DNA of 45,171 nucleotides from Collodictyon triciliatum (Eukaryota). Both the position numbers and the translations under genes were made by a program. The notes beneath the pieces were generated by a model that saw nothing but the letters and a program-made list of their open reading frames with translations, had not been told where the DNA came from and searched no databases. The stretch is from positions 1 to 45,171 of the forward strand of contig JBHJMP010000542.1 in the NCBI GenBank assembly GCA_043381765.1, given 5' to 3'. Position 1 is the stretch's first letter. The number at the start of each line of letters is the position of its first letter. Shown one piece after another: positions 13,753 through 25,219 of this stretch.

Positions 13753-14178
13753 GAAAATACAGTTGGATTTTTGAGCACAAAATGGCGGTCGATATCATGC
13801 TGGATATACTAAGCGAGCGGGGGTACCGAGTAGTTTTGGACATCGAAAAGAAAGAGGTAAGTTTTTTGAATTATAGTGGGTCTTTATTGGATACCCATGG
13901 TACATTTGTCGTTTTTTTTCTCTTCCCGTGGTATCGGTCACGCATTTATCTATTCTGACATTGCCTTGCCAGCCTCTACTTGGCATTATTTTGCTGTTTG
14001 TCGTAAGTCCGATATGTCACAACCTTTTTCTCCCTCTTTTTGGCAAATTAAAATTATTTTTTATTTTGCCTAGATAATGACAGGAATCGACCCAAAGACA
14101 TTCAGAGCGCAGACGATGACAAAGAAGCTGTATCATTTTGATATCACCTTCCAGAAGCCTATCATTCGAGAGAGATCT
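12522..14178 (+). CDS. Adenylate-kinase-like protein, 3' half (continuation of 7378-9494)
   Basis: Phase-compatible join ME E|RETDSSEQLAKQRYRVFKEMTYE|SLISLKSAFGYHFIDAE...FQYQSKLDLSPDTYD|SIHHIPLASEVVQNARQNLVKRLDHY...|VIEVIDSEFVPIIRRQALSG...|DILSERGYRVVLD...|KKLYHFDITFQKPIIREI*. Confidence 0.85.
13473..13752. repeat. (AAT)n microsatellite spanning a gap (intronic)
   Basis: AAT runs on both sides of N-run 13555-13654. Confidence 0.95.
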
Positions 14179-14770
14179 GAAGCCCTTGTCCCTTAACAAC
14201 TCCATTTTCTCTCCGCCCTCTCTTTGTTGTTCTTTCAGTTGTTTTTTCTCTTTGTGATACCTTTCATTTACTGCTGTGCGGCGCTGGCTTTCTGCTGTTG
14301 CTTTTTGTTCTGTGCGAACGTTGAAATCAGCACCCTTCATAAACGAGCACATACCTGAATCCAAATTTCACAGAATTTCATCTATTCCGGAATAATCCCG
14401 ACAACCCGGATTCCTACGACCTCGCTGCACCACACTTGCGAAAAACCTGATTCATCTGCCTCGCCCGATGCGCGCAGCGGAAACAAAAGGAGATGGGTGT
14501 TTGGAAGCTTGCGAAAGGCAATGGCGGCCTGATGTCTGGTTCTCGGGCCGTCCTTGTGGGCAGCAACGCTGCAGTGCGGCCCCCTTCAGAAGCGGGGAGC
14601 AGGCTGCGTCATCCGCTAGTCGAGAACAATCCGTCCTTTGGCCGTTGCTCCTTATATTATCGATCAGCCCTTTGCTTGCTTTGCTTTGCTTTGCTTTGCG
14701 TCAGACGAGGCAGTATTCTTGGCAGCCTTGCAGACTCACCGCGTTGCCCGCACACAGATCAGAATCACGA

Positions 14771-15308
14771 ATGTTCGACGCCGCGTCCAAGTCATACACC
14801 AGACAGGTTCGTAGCCCCGCCCGCCCCACGGGTGATCTTTCCCCGCCTCTGCCGGCCAAAACACAGAGCCTAAGCGCCTCCTTCCCGCTTACGGACAGGT
14901 TGGTCGTTGGGGCTTCCTTGCTGCAGGGTTCGCGTACGGTTGGATCCACCACAACAGCCTGACCAAGAGGGAGCAGACAGCCGCCGACAAGGCCCAACGC
15001 AAGGCCCAACGCAAGGCTGCCAAGGCCGCCGAAGCTGCTGCTGCCTCCAAGGAGTCCAACGGTGCGTCGTCGCTGCTCACTCCCCCTCTTGACGGCCTCT
15101 CCCTCGTCCCAAAGGGAAAGAAAAGACGTGTTTTGAAGTGGTTCTGTGTTTGCCGGGGAAAATGTGCCGGGAGGACAGCGGGGTGTCGCTGGGCTCCTCT
15201 CTTCTCTTGTGCCGCCTACTCACCCATACACGCCTCAAATCCCACGCAGGCCTCCCCACGGACCTGGAATCCTTCATCCAGTCGCTCGAGACGGAGCACA
15301 AGGCCTAA
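14771..15308 (+). CDS. Probable mitochondrial ATP synthase subunit e (about 85 aa, 3 exons: 14771-14806, 14899-15061, 15250-15308)
   Basis: MFDAASKSYTRQ|VGRWGFLAAGFAYGWIHHNSLTKREQTAADKAQRKAQRKAAKAAEAAAASKESN|GLPTDLESFIQSLETEHKA*. Shows R-W/Y-x5-GxxxG TM followed by a charged coiled coil and a DLExF tail, as in subunit e. Absent as a unit from the ORF track. Confidence 0.72.
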
Positions 15309-15661
15309 CCCATCGGAGACGGATACGGAGGCACCGACGCAAAAGACCCAGCTTGTCAGTAATAAACCAGCAAATCCCATTCTGACCCATGCAGCCAAGG
15401 CTCTTTCCCCTTCTCCGCCAGCAGCGATTCCGCGGTGCGCGTGGCGTTGCAGGTGTTGCCACAGCGCGCAGATGTAGACCCTGCCTCGCTGCACCCTTGT
15501 GGTTCCAGTTTCGGCGCTGTCAGTTGTTGCTTGTTTCTGGAATCCGCCTCTGATCAGGATCGATCCCGTCAAATCGCACCTGACAGATCCGCTCCAACCC
15601 GCTCCGACCCGCTCCGACCACGAAGCAGCAGCAGCAGCAAGAGCAAGAGGAGCAGAAGGCC

Positions 15662-17665
15662 ATGCTCGCACCGTCCCGCAGCACCCCGGCGCTCGGAGTG
15701 GGCGGCCACGTCCCGGGCAAGCGCGTGAACCTTCCGCGACCGATCGGGCCACTGGAGCAGGGCTTCGAGGCGTTCTGCGACGGTTGCTTTTGTTCCTGGC
15801 CACGGCGCCCTTTGCGCCCCAGAACCGCACAGCCGACTAATGCAGCCGCCTCTGCAGGTCCCGAACCCTGCGCACACATGCCGCACCGCCGCCCGCCACA
15901 CACGCCTCTCGCCGCACACATGCCGGAGCCCGCCTTTGCCTCCAAGAAGCGCGTTGCCTGCGCCGTTACGCCATTCTCGTGAGTCCTCCCGTCTCCGCAT
16001 AATACCTCTTGTCTGATGTCTGCATAATCCCACCTGTCTGATGTCTGCATAATCCCTCTTGTCTGATGTCTGCATAATACCTCTTGTCTGATGTCTGCAT
16101 AATACCTCTTGTCTGATGTCTGCATAATCCCTCTTGTCTGATGTCTGCATAATACCTCTTGTCTGATGTCTGCATAATCCCACCTGTCTGATGTCTGCAT
16201 AATCCCACCTGTCTGATGTCTGCATAATACCTCTTGTCTGATGTCTGCATAATCCCACCTGTCTGATGTCTGCATAATCCCACCTGTCTGATGTCTGCAT
16301 AATCCCTCTTGTCTGATGTCTGCATAATCCCTCTTGTCTGATGTCTGCATAATCCCACCTGTCTGATGTCTGCATAATACCTCTTGTCTGATGTCTGCAT
16401 AATCCCACCTGTCTGATGTCTGCATAATCCCTCTTGTCTGATGTCTTCGCAATCCCACCTGTCTGATGTCTGCACAGCACAGGCAGAGACTGGTCGTCCT
16501 CAAAGCGGCACATCGAGCCTCCCCGTCCACGCACGAGTGAGAGCCGCGGAATCCGGATTGTTTGCGCCCCTACAGATTCTGCCGAGCCGGCCGCCTCATC
16601 CCACTGGCCCCACTGGGAACGTCGCCACATTGACCCTTCAGTCCACCGCAGATATGCGGACGCTGCAGAGTCCTCCTTGCACTCCATCGTCGGTGCCAAG
16701 AAGAAAGGTTGGCTATATGCCTTCACAACACAACACAACACAACACAACACAACACAACACAACACAACACAACACAACACAACACAACACAACACAACA
16801 CAAGACAACACAAGACAACACAACACAACACAAACCTCAAGCACAACTGGAAAATTATCTGTTTCTCTTGCTCGCGCGCGTTCTCCAAGCGCACACTCTT
16901 GCCTTACTGTCTACACGATTCCATTTTTTTTTTTTTACTGAACCACAAACAACCATTCATAGACATCGATGTGCGAAACGGATATGGCGTCTGTGCGCCA
17001 GGCGACAAGCCGTACATCGCACCAGAGGACTCCCAATTCTTTTTCCATAGTAGTCACGTCCCTTCCTCTGTTTGGAGGTTTCTAGGACATACATACCCCA
17101 CACTTTTTTCCCCATTGTGTTTCAATAGCTATTCTCCTGGATTCACATCAATACCACGGAACAAATCGTTATAGAAAACAACCTCACCTTTATATGCTAT
17201 TTTAATTAATCATAGAAATTGCACCTAGGCCTCCCAAAGTCAAAACGACCAGCACAGAAGCCATCCGACCATCGCGTTTCCTTGAAGGGTTTGCCCTTAT
17301 TCTCTCCCATCAGGGAATCTTTGCAAACCGACCTGAATACGCCGCTTTCTCTTTTTCCTCCTCGCCTCTATGCATTCTTGTATTCACTGCCTTTCTTCAG
17401 GAAGTGGACTGCCTATGGCCAATCACAACACTCGCTGGACGGACAGAGGGACGAGGAAATCAATGAGGTGAGGAATTTGGATGCGTGGAAGCCATTTGGT
17501 CCCCAAGCGACAAAGTCCGCAATGCCAGAGGCTCGTCTTCCTGCAATATCTGCGCAAAGTCCTGTGGAATCGTCCATCTCCATCACCCCGCCCCCGCCAC
17601 CACTCCACACCCAACAGGGTAAAAAGAAGGCCGAGGCGCAACTTGCCGCTAAGAAATCCAAATAG
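15662..17665 (+). CDS. SPATS1-like protein (about 6 exons)
   Basis: Spliced: ...FS|DWSSSKRHIEP...VGAKKK|DIDVRNGYGVCAPGDKPYIAPEDSQFFFH...WR|PPK...EG|KWTAY...DEEINEVRNLDAWKP...KKSK*. The motifs RNGxxxxxPGDxPYxxPExS and EIxEVxxLDxWxP recall SPATS1. Confidence 0.65.
16001..16475. repeat. 25-bp minisatellite, 19 copies, filling an intron of the SPATS1-like gene
   Basis: Unit AAT(A/C)CC(TCT/ACC)TGTCTGATGTCTGCAT in exact 25-nt register with three interspersed variants. Confidence 0.97.
16725..16832. repeat. (CAACA)n pentamer microsatellite (intronic)
   Basis: About 21 copies just downstream of the donor at 16708. Confidence 0.95.
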
Positions 17666-18651
17666 CGCTGCGTTGTGCGATGTTGTATCAGAGTGCTACC
17701 GTCACCAGCGCTACCAGTCCCTGTGCATTTCCCCTGTTGTTCTGTTGGCTTCCTACATTTCATAATTGGAATAATTCCTATGAGGTATTGGTGGTCTCTG
17801 CTGTACCAGATGTGGTTTTGGTGGGTTTCTCTTCCTTGCTCTCGAATCTATTCTATATGAAAAACAAACTTCTTTTTTTTCGTGCCTTTTGTTTACACCT
17901 CGCTTCTCCAAGCCTTAATAAACATGGATTATCAGAGAGCGTGAGAGGAAATGAAAATAGTAGCACAGCGAGATTCAACACACATACATTTTTATACACA
18001 CCTGTAACAAATCGAAACACTTTCAGTCAGCAGAGGTCATAAGAAATGGAACGATAAACTTTCTTATTTTTTCCCCACAAACCCCACACTTAGAAGTCTA
18101 CGCACTTCTTTTTTGAATAATCATATTTCCTGCGATGGTTCCCATATCCCAAGCGCATTGCTCGACAGGTTCACAAGGTTGAAGACAAGCTTGCATTTCA
18201 TCATTGTTGGTTGGTGGGATGGGCAAAGAGAATCATAGGGTGAGTTGACGCAGAGGTTGATGTAGTTTTATTTATTACTATTTTGAGATATTGGATGGGC
18301 AGGCAGTTCGTGGTTGTCTGAAAGTATCTTGAACCGTGTTTTTAACTCATTTTCAAGTATAAAGAACGTGTTGAATTAAAAGGATGTTTCTTTTTTGTGA
18401 AAATAATCGTGTGACAGAATATGGAAGTTCATTACATGTGGTTTGTCTCTGAATACTCCGTTAGTTAATAATGAAAGAAACCGAGAAGTAAAAACAACAA
18501 AAACTTGTGGATGACAAGGAGGCTCATTAAACCTACCACAAAGACATAAGACTGAACAAATGACCCGAAGCAAAGCGAATCTCAAAGTCTAGCAAAGGTT
18601 GGGCAAAGATGCCGACTAGGAAGCATACATATGAAGCCCGAGCTTCACAGC

Positions 18652-20909
18652 TCACACTTTGAGAGCCTCCAGATATCGGAGAATATCACCACACATCGGG
18701 CGGGCTGCAGGAAGCTCCTGGAGACACTGGCGTATGATTGGTACCAAATTTGGCTGCGAGTAAATAAAAAGGATTTCAATAACCCCACACTCTGGAAGTG
18801 AAACCAAATGAGACCAAGATGCTGTTCACTTGCCACTCCTCATAGCACCGATCTGAAAAAGACCATTTGTTTTGGATAATACAGATTTTAAGTGACATTA
18901 GGTTCACCTTGCTGTTCTCGGGCATCGGCGGGCGAAGTCCTTTAAACGAAAAGGGAGAGAAAAGACGAGAGAAAATTGTAGATTACTTTGCATGAATAAT
19001 GCGGTCGGGGGGTGGGGAACAAACGATTGACGGAAAAGAAAGTAGAGTACCAGGATTTTGGTAAGCAACCATTCCAACCACTTGCATGGGATGAAATTCT
19101 TCATACGGTACTTTGCGAGTAAGGAGCTCCCAGAAGACTACCCCAACACTAACGAGCGTAAATTCATGAGAAAAAGCAAAAACAGAAGAATAAAAGAAAA
19201 AAAAGGTCATATTTGCAAAAGAGCCATGTAAATCAACACTTTCAGAATTACGTCCAAAAAAATTATAATTCAAATAGGCACAATGAGGGAATGGCAAACA
19301 TTTTTTGACTGAAAACCTGAAAATATCGGCTTTTTCATTGTAGCTCTCGTTGCGCAATACCTCTGGAGCCATCCATTGTGGAGTTCTGCATAAAGAATTG
19401 AGCAAGAAGCAGACAACGATAAACGACATATATAAAAGAAACTATATTTCCGCAAAAAAGGTCAAGAAAAAAAAAAACCACGGGCTGAATTTGGAGCATA
19501 CCCGCATTGTGACATTGGCAATGTAGAGACCTTGAATTTTGTGTGCCCAAAATCAGCCACCTTTATTACCCAGTGTTTATTTACCTGAAACAGGCAAATG
19601 TATACAGCAGAACGGCATTTAGAACTATCGAATAATACTGAAAACAGTCTCTACAAAAGCAAGTTTCGTTTCTTGTATATTATTCTTTTCTCAAACCCAA
19701 GAAATTACCAATAAGTTCAAACTTTTAATGTCTCTAATTTTTGAAGAAATATATGTCATAAAAATGATTAGTGTCCATATTTTGTGCGTCGAGATATTCT
19801 TCGGAAGGTTAAAAAAAAAAAAAGAAAAAAAAGAAAAGAAGTAGAATGCACGCAATTATTTTTCCGTCCGATGATATACAACGTATTAGTATAAAGAAAG
19901 ATGGGAGGAGCTGTTTCATAGCTCAGTCTTATTGCAAGGAACCTGTGGATGATTGGATGGGGTTTTCTGGTGCAGTGAAGATAATTGATTCCTCGGCAAA
20001 TATCAATAGACATGTTTACAATTGTCTATGACGGGAAAATGATTGATAGCACGCACCGAAATGTATAGAATTTCTCAAAGAAATAAAAAAAACAAAACAA
20101 AACAAAACAAAAGAGGCCATAGTGTGCCAATAGAAGAAAACATACAGTAGGTGAAAGATGGATCGCTGTGTCATGGAGCACATCATAAAGGGCACCTTTT
20201 AATTACCGCAGGAACAAGATGGTAAAATTAATAGAGGTTTTTCTTTCCAAAAAACCGAAAAAACAAACAAACAAAAGCAAAGACATATGAGAATCAACAC
20301 ATGCTTCAGAACAATATCGAGTGCCGCGCACCGATGCCATACAACTGTCAGGTGAATGTAGATACTACCTCGTTCACAATGTTCTGTTACCACAAATAGA
20401 TGTGGCATCCGAACCGATGCGCCAAGAAAGAGAAGAATGTTTGGGTGCCGTAGTTTGCTGAAGATATGAGGTAGGCGTCAATTATGTCATTCTAGGCACA
20501 TATTTTAGCCGAGAAAGAGATTGTCGGCTGAATTTGTGAACCTCATCATTGAAACCTCGGCACGAAAGTTTCTCATGTCCTTTTCCGTCATTCGAGTGTT
20601 CACAAGCTTTTTTACTGATGATTCATTACATTAGATATTTTTTTTTTTGTGTGTGTTTTAGTGCTCTACGTGTCTCAATAAAATTCAAATAATTTATTAA
20701 TACAACGAAATGGAAGTAGAAAAAAAAGAGAAAAGAAATAAAAGCAAACATATACGCGATGACGTTTACCTGCGACATTAAGCCCTCTCCACGTTGCCTG
20801 ATAGACTTCACCTATGGTTCAAGACGTTTGTTATGAGTGTCTATTATTATTATTATAATTATTATTCTGAAAAGTACACTCTAATTTTATGAATGTTTGA
20901 ATTCCATCA

Positions 20910-20964
<55 letters not shown>

Positions 20965-22947
20965 AAAGCCTCCGATTCCGATGCTTTTGCCAATAGCGAG
21001 CTCATCGTCATCAATTTCCCATTCATAGCCAGACAGAGACAGGTTTTCTGGATTTTTTTTTAATTCTGTACGTAAATAGCTTTGCAGGAAAATCAAAGTT
21101 GTAGAGTTTGCTAACATTATTGAATATTTTCTCTCTTTTTTAATCTTTATCAAGGTGAAGGACCCACACACACACACACACACAAAAAAAAAAAAAGGAT
21201 TAGAAATACGAACCAAAATCGTCATAAAGCAGAGGACTGTCTGTGTGCTGTCTCTCTACTACACATATTATATTCCGTTTCAATTAAAATATATTCGCTT
21301 GAAACATGATCAAATAAACAACATTATGTAAGATGCTTCCAAACATGCGTGTATTTTGGAGGAAAAAAAGGAAAAATTACGGTTGCTTTTTGGAGGATCA
21401 GGAGGCGGCGGCAGTGGTGCGCTTATTTGTTGATTCGCGATATCTTTATGCAACATTTCGGGCTCTGGCGGATTGAAAAAGAGTTAAATCCGACAGCAAG
21501 ATATACATACACTGATTAATACTATCTAGATAACGGAGCTGACAGCCTGAATAAAGTATTTTCGCAAGTTTTCTTTCTCTCGCTGTACCACATGCCTCTT
21601 ATATGGATATTGTTCAGCAGTATGAATGACTACGGACCTGAGGACGGGCCGAACGGCGAGTATTTCGGAAGGGCGTCCATTATTGCCTGAGTTGTCCCAG
21701 GAGAAACGCTCTGGCGACAATCTGATGGGTTCACCAAAATTACAAAAGTTGAATGGGAAAGGCTGGTATCTGCATTGACGTGGCAGGCATGTGTGCGTGT
21801 ATGTACATGTCCGTTGGTTAGAAGGATATATATAGAGTAAAGAGTAAAGAGTAAAGAGTAAAGAGTAAAGAGTAAAGAGTAAAGAGTAAAGAGTAAAGAG
21901 TAAAGAGTAAAGAGTAAAGAGTAAAGAGTAAAGAGTAAAGAGTAAAGACTAAAGAGTAAAGAGTAAAGAGTAAAGATTTAAGAGTAAAGAGAACGAGAGA
22001 AAGACGCACTGAGGACGATGATATCACGGATATTTTGAGTCTTTGCGACGTCTGCGGGTGTGTGGCCCTCGACATTGGGAAGATTGGGTGATGCACCCAT
22101 GCGAAGCAGATGCACAACCACATCGCTTTGGCCGTTTGTTGCAGCCCAGTGGAGTGGAACCTAGACATGAAAGAGATGAGTATCTGGTTTACGTCTGCAC
22201 CTCCGTTTGTCCGGATTGGCCAGCATATCACATGTTGTTTGAGAGAAAAGAAAAGAAAAGAAAAGAAAAGAAAAGAAAAGAAGAGGAAAGAAAAGAAAAA
22301 AGAAAAAAAAGAGGAGAAAGGACCTGCTCGTCGTTGTCAGGCTGGTTGATGTCTGCACCGCGAAGCACAAGCAGATCCACGGCGTCCACAAAGCCGCTGC
22401 CCGAAGCCCAGTGCAGCGGAGTCTGACCATCGTAATCGACGGCATTGACGTCTGCGTGGCGGTCGATCAGGAAGCGCATCACATCCACAAAGCCGTGCCA
22501 CGAGGCCGAGTGCAGAGCCGTTTGCCCGTACGCGTTGCGCGTGTTGACGTCCAGTCCAGACTCGAGCAGCAGCCGCACGGAAAACAGATCGTTGCACTGC
22601 GCGCATCTCATCAGAGGTGCTTGCAAAACACACACGCATACATACATACATACATACATACATACATACATACATACATACATACATACATACATACATA
22701 CATACATACATACATACATACATACATACATACACGCCCAAAGACAGGGACTTCCAAACCGCTCTGATCGAATCAGAAGGGAGGGGGAAAGAACAAAACA
22801 AGAGGAAACATAATAAAAAAAAAAAGCAATAAAAGAGCAACAGAAAGTGAGGAAGAAAAGAAGGTAGAAGCCCACCGCAGCTGCCCGCCAAATGTCCATA
22901 CTCTTCACGCCTCCGCCCTCTGGCACCTCCGGCCTTGCGTGCTCCAT
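18652..22947 (-). CDS. Ankyrin-repeat tyrosine-kinase-like (TKL/MAP3K-type) Ser/Thr kinase
   Basis: Ankyrin repeats GQTALHSA, GQTPLHWA, VPLHWAA, GHTPAD. Kinase motifs WEID...IGIGGFG|EVY, VAVKKL, LRHPNILLFLGA, GINYLH...IIHR|DIKSLNLL, VADFG, G|TPQWMAPE, DIFS|VGVVFWELLT. Ends ...LEALKV*. The start could be Met at 22899 instead. Confidence 0.93.
20913..20962. repeat. Poly(A) tract of about 50 nt (poly-T on the sense strand, directly after a donor GT)
   Basis: Homopolymer abutting the exon end at 20964. Confidence 0.95.
21834..21989. repeat. (GAGTAAA)n 7-mer microsatellite (intronic)
   Basis: About 22 near-perfect copies. Confidence 0.95.
22638..22733. repeat. (CATA)n microsatellite (intronic)
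   Basis: Perfect tetramer run in the first intron of the kinase gene. Confidence 0.95.
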
Positions 22948-23436
22948 TCAGCCGTGTCCGTCTGCTGGGCAGCCAAAAGTTTGCAGACAAAAAGGAAGTC
23001 AGAGCCGCTCTGCGTCCGGGCGATCGGCCAGCCAAGCAATCAAAGCTGCTGCGGACGTTTGCGGCAAAGCAGCGTCAGTACAAAAAGGCGCATAGCTTCC
23101 GACCCAGAAAGACTTGGATGCGCTGGGCCGCAGGACACACGCCCGGGAACGCAACTTCTGTTGGCGCAATGGCGAGTCCTGCACCTCTGACAGATCGTGC
23201 CGGTTCCATCAGATCAGATCGGATCAAAGGCGCTTCTTTTCCCAACAGCCTGGTATGGTATGATAAAAATGATATAGCCGTTATGTTTTCATTCATGCTA
23301 TATTTGGAAAAAGCTATGGTGTCCGGTGGCCAAGGGCAGGAGCATCGAGCCACAGACGCACAACAAATTTAATCTCGACAAAATGCAAACAGAGAAGCAA
23401 GAACAGCAGGTTAGCTAAAGTACGGAAAAGAGGGAT

Positions 23437-24807
23437 TCAAGCGAGCGGAGAGGTGTCCTCGTTCTCTGGGGGAGGTGACTGACAAAGGGCTTGACTGCTT
23501 TGTGGATTGCTGCAGCCATCTTGGGCGCGCCCTCCAAACACCGCCTGGCGGAGACCAAGTGCCAAAAGTCCGCCCCGAGGCACCGCCCTGAGCAGCTTGG
23601 GTGGTTTGGCAACCAAAGCATCGCCGCCATGTGCCGCAACTTTTTCCTTCCGTGCTGGAGATCTTGAACCAATATTCTGTTTGTCCCAGCAGTGTGGGTC
23701 GGCCCGAATTATTTCCTCGATACTTGTCTCTGGTGCTGCATACCGAATGAAAGCCGCAAGTCTCTGGTTTGTGTGCTGCGCCACTGTCATTTCCACATGC
23801 AACCGACTGTTCTCCTCCTGGAGGTTGCGCACCAAGTCCAAGACCTTCCCTAGTATAGAGATACGGTCCTCCCTCGGCTCGTCTACAATGCCAAGAATCG
23901 ACGAGATTTCCGAAAACTTTGTATGCATCCTGTCACGGCGTTCTTTTTCTTTTAGCTTCTTGGTCTCGCGTCTGTATCCATCTTCCTCCTCGCTCACTGA
24001 TCTGCAATGTTGTGGTGGTCAGATTCATCTGTACTTTTTCTCGAAAATCGGACAACATAAGTAGAGAAAAAAACTGTTTTAAGTGACATACAAGGCATAC
24101 TCAGGCCATGTACATCGGGCTATAAAAAGCTTTTTATTTTTACTTTTACTTTTCTTTTTCTTTTGTATGTGTGTGTTATAACGAAACAGATGCAGATACG
24201 ATAGATTTTGCTTATTTCGCCCTGGAGAGCACAATATTCCGGCATGGCATCCGTAAAGAAAGGAAACAAACCTCTTGCGATCCATACAAGCTGTGACATC
24301 TGGAGGGACGAGAACATCGTGGAGATTCTTTGGAGCCCAGGCCTGGCCAGATTGCACGCTACACAAAGGGGGCGTTTGGAGAGAGGTAAACAGTGGAAAC
24401 AAAAGACTGGGTGGGATTTAGAAAGAAGCCGATCAGACGGGAGGACCAAGTCCGAAGCAAGGCCACAGCTGCGAACACAGAGAAGACGCAAAAGCCGTGT
24501 CGCGGTGTGTGACTTACGGGTGGTCGTGAGATGGCGGCCGAAAGAGTGGCGACAGCGTTGTGGAGTGTTGCACGGACGAGAGATGCAGCGGAGTCAGCGG
24601 GAACGGTGGTGGATTCTGCACCGGCTGCGGCTTGTGCTTCAGACTGGACTCGGGCTTTCCCTCGCACTCGTCCTCAAGTCCAAGTTCAAGACCAAGTCCA
24701 AGACCAAGTCCTGGTGTGGAGGCAGGACCGGGTTCGGGCGGGTGGGGCAGGATCGGGCGGAAGGGCAGCCCGAGCACTTTGCGTGGGCGGCGCTTTTGTG
24801 AGTTCAT
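23437..24807 (-). CDS. bHLH(-ZIP) transcription factor, 3 exons
   Basis: Pro-rich N-terminus, then RRETKKLKEKERRDRMHTKFSEISSILG...DRISILGKVLDLVRNLQEENSRL (basic ExxRR, helix-loop-helix, zipper). Phases consistent across GT-AG introns. Confidence 0.85.
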
Positions 24808-25219
24808 CGAGCCGGCGTGATCGACGCAGACGCGTTTCGCTAGTCGCAGTGTCCGTAAGAGAAGCGTAAGAGAAGCGTGCGCTGTTCTGCCGCCGGTGGC
24901 TATGCTGTGTGTTCAGACGCGTGTCAGGTTCGTTTGCGAGTTTGGCGGCGGGCGGTGCGGTTCCATAATGACTTTATCGTATGCGTCACTCATTAGCAAA
25001 GGCAAGAAAAGCGCGGGAAGGATATCAGCGGATTAAGAAAAGCAGGAAAACAGAAACAAAAAGGAATGGGTGACAGGCGGCTGTGCGCGCCCCATCGGAG
25101 ACCCTGGCTCGGCAATAAGATATCCAAGTAGTGCAAAAGCTGGAGATAAGGCAGATGAGGGCGGCCGCGTGTGGGCTCGCACAGACGAAGCGCCGGTCGG
25201 GCAAGCACAACAAGGCGCG

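Noticed and set aside
16001-16475. CRISPR-like array
   Set aside because: Units are contiguous 25-mers with only three recurring variants, no unique spacers and no cas genes, inside a eukaryotic intron.
15520-16894. Long minus-strand ORFs (336, 441 and 169 aa)
   Set aside because: They are open only because the 25-mer and CAACA repeats lack stops on that strand, and they are antisense to the SPATS1-like exons.
21834-21989. Interstitial telomeric repeat
   Set aside because: GAGTAAA (and GTGAAAAA at 39644) lack the G-run of known telomere units and resemble the other intronic SSRs.
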